Below are positions 63,164 through 64,000 of a DNA stretch of 64,000 nucleotides, in pieces (the stretch's first letter is position 1; the number at the start of each line of letters is the position of its first letter). Source of the stretch: Paraspadella gotoi (taxonomy: Eukaryota; Animalia; Chaetognatha). The position numbers and the translations under genes were made by a program. The stretch is taken from the NCBI GenBank assembly GCA_051294375.1, contig CM119269.1, forward strand, positions 8,567,619 through 8,631,618. The letters run 5' to 3'. The notes under the pieces were generated by a model that had not been told where the DNA came from, made no database searches, and saw only the letters and a list, made by a program, of their open reading frames with translations.

Positions 63164-64000
63164 TATGACAATGACGCCAAATCTCGCTTCTAAAAAAGAA
63201 AATGGCTGACTGGAGAGACGAAAACGACCATTTGAAATTATAAACCTTTTTTGGGAGATTTCTAGTTTTATTTCTTGAGGATTAAACTTTTGAGTCTGTA
63301 ATTTAGTCTTTTTTTTTTAAAAAAAGAAGTGAAATTAATATTTTTATTAATACTTACTTGATACTATAATACGGTAATGAGTAGAATTGCCTTCTTATTC
63401 ATTGAATTTATTAAAGTTTTTCTTTATCCGTAATTTACTCAAATTTACTCTATTAACGGAAGTCGTCATTCATTGTTTTATCGTCTGAAAATTCGCGTTT
63501 TCAGATGTGTTTTTAACAGGGTCAGGATTTTTATATTGACTCGAATAAGCCGAATTTAACCGTAGGAATATTATCAATTGACATATATCACCTAAAGTGT
63601 ATCTACCGCCTCCCTTCTTTATAGTGAACTCGGTTACTCGCTCTAAACATTTTTACCAATGTTATCGCCAAACATTAAGACCTTTTCTGTGAAACTTAGC
63701 TTACCTTCACATTTATTAGAAAATGACATTTAAAAACCAAAAGAAAATATTCTGATGCAATAATCGCGTATACTTTTAATAAATAATGTTTTGAAAACTT
63801 TGTGCCTAGATTAGGAAGCTTTCTGTTTTTTGGAAGGCAATTTGAATTTTTTTACTGCCGTTGCCACTCATTTGAAACTAATCGTGACTGTATCAGTCAA
63901 TCTTTATTATTACCTTTTTTACTCTTTTAAATTTTGTTTCTTGACATGAGACCTCTTTACAATAAAATCCTTTCTTATTTTTTATGGATTATTTTTGTCA

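Overview
Eukaryotic (metazoan, compact-genome invertebrate-like) draft-assembly window with GT-AG introns, abundant (CT)n and (GAC)n microsatellites and several N gaps. Exon chains were spliced by hand and checked for phase. Recognisable plus-strand genes are an atypical E2F7/8 (27040-40778), a class I Rab11-FIP (42060-44621), MSL1 (46765-49692), Polycomb-like PHF1/MTF2/PHF19 (50227-56498) and a type I membrane C-type lectin (59758-63163). There are also several orphan genes, a decayed LINE RT fragment, a tRNA-like remnant and two gap-flanking duplications that are probably assembly artefacts. The most notable item is a two-exon secreted prepropeptide gene (1819-2306): signal peptide, strongly acidic propiece, KR cleavage site, then a 36-aa Arg/His/Phe repeat peptide ending in an amidation Gly. 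It is a candidate new cationic host-defence peptide, apparently built from a CGT microsatellite. No database searches could be run; family calls come from recalled motifs.
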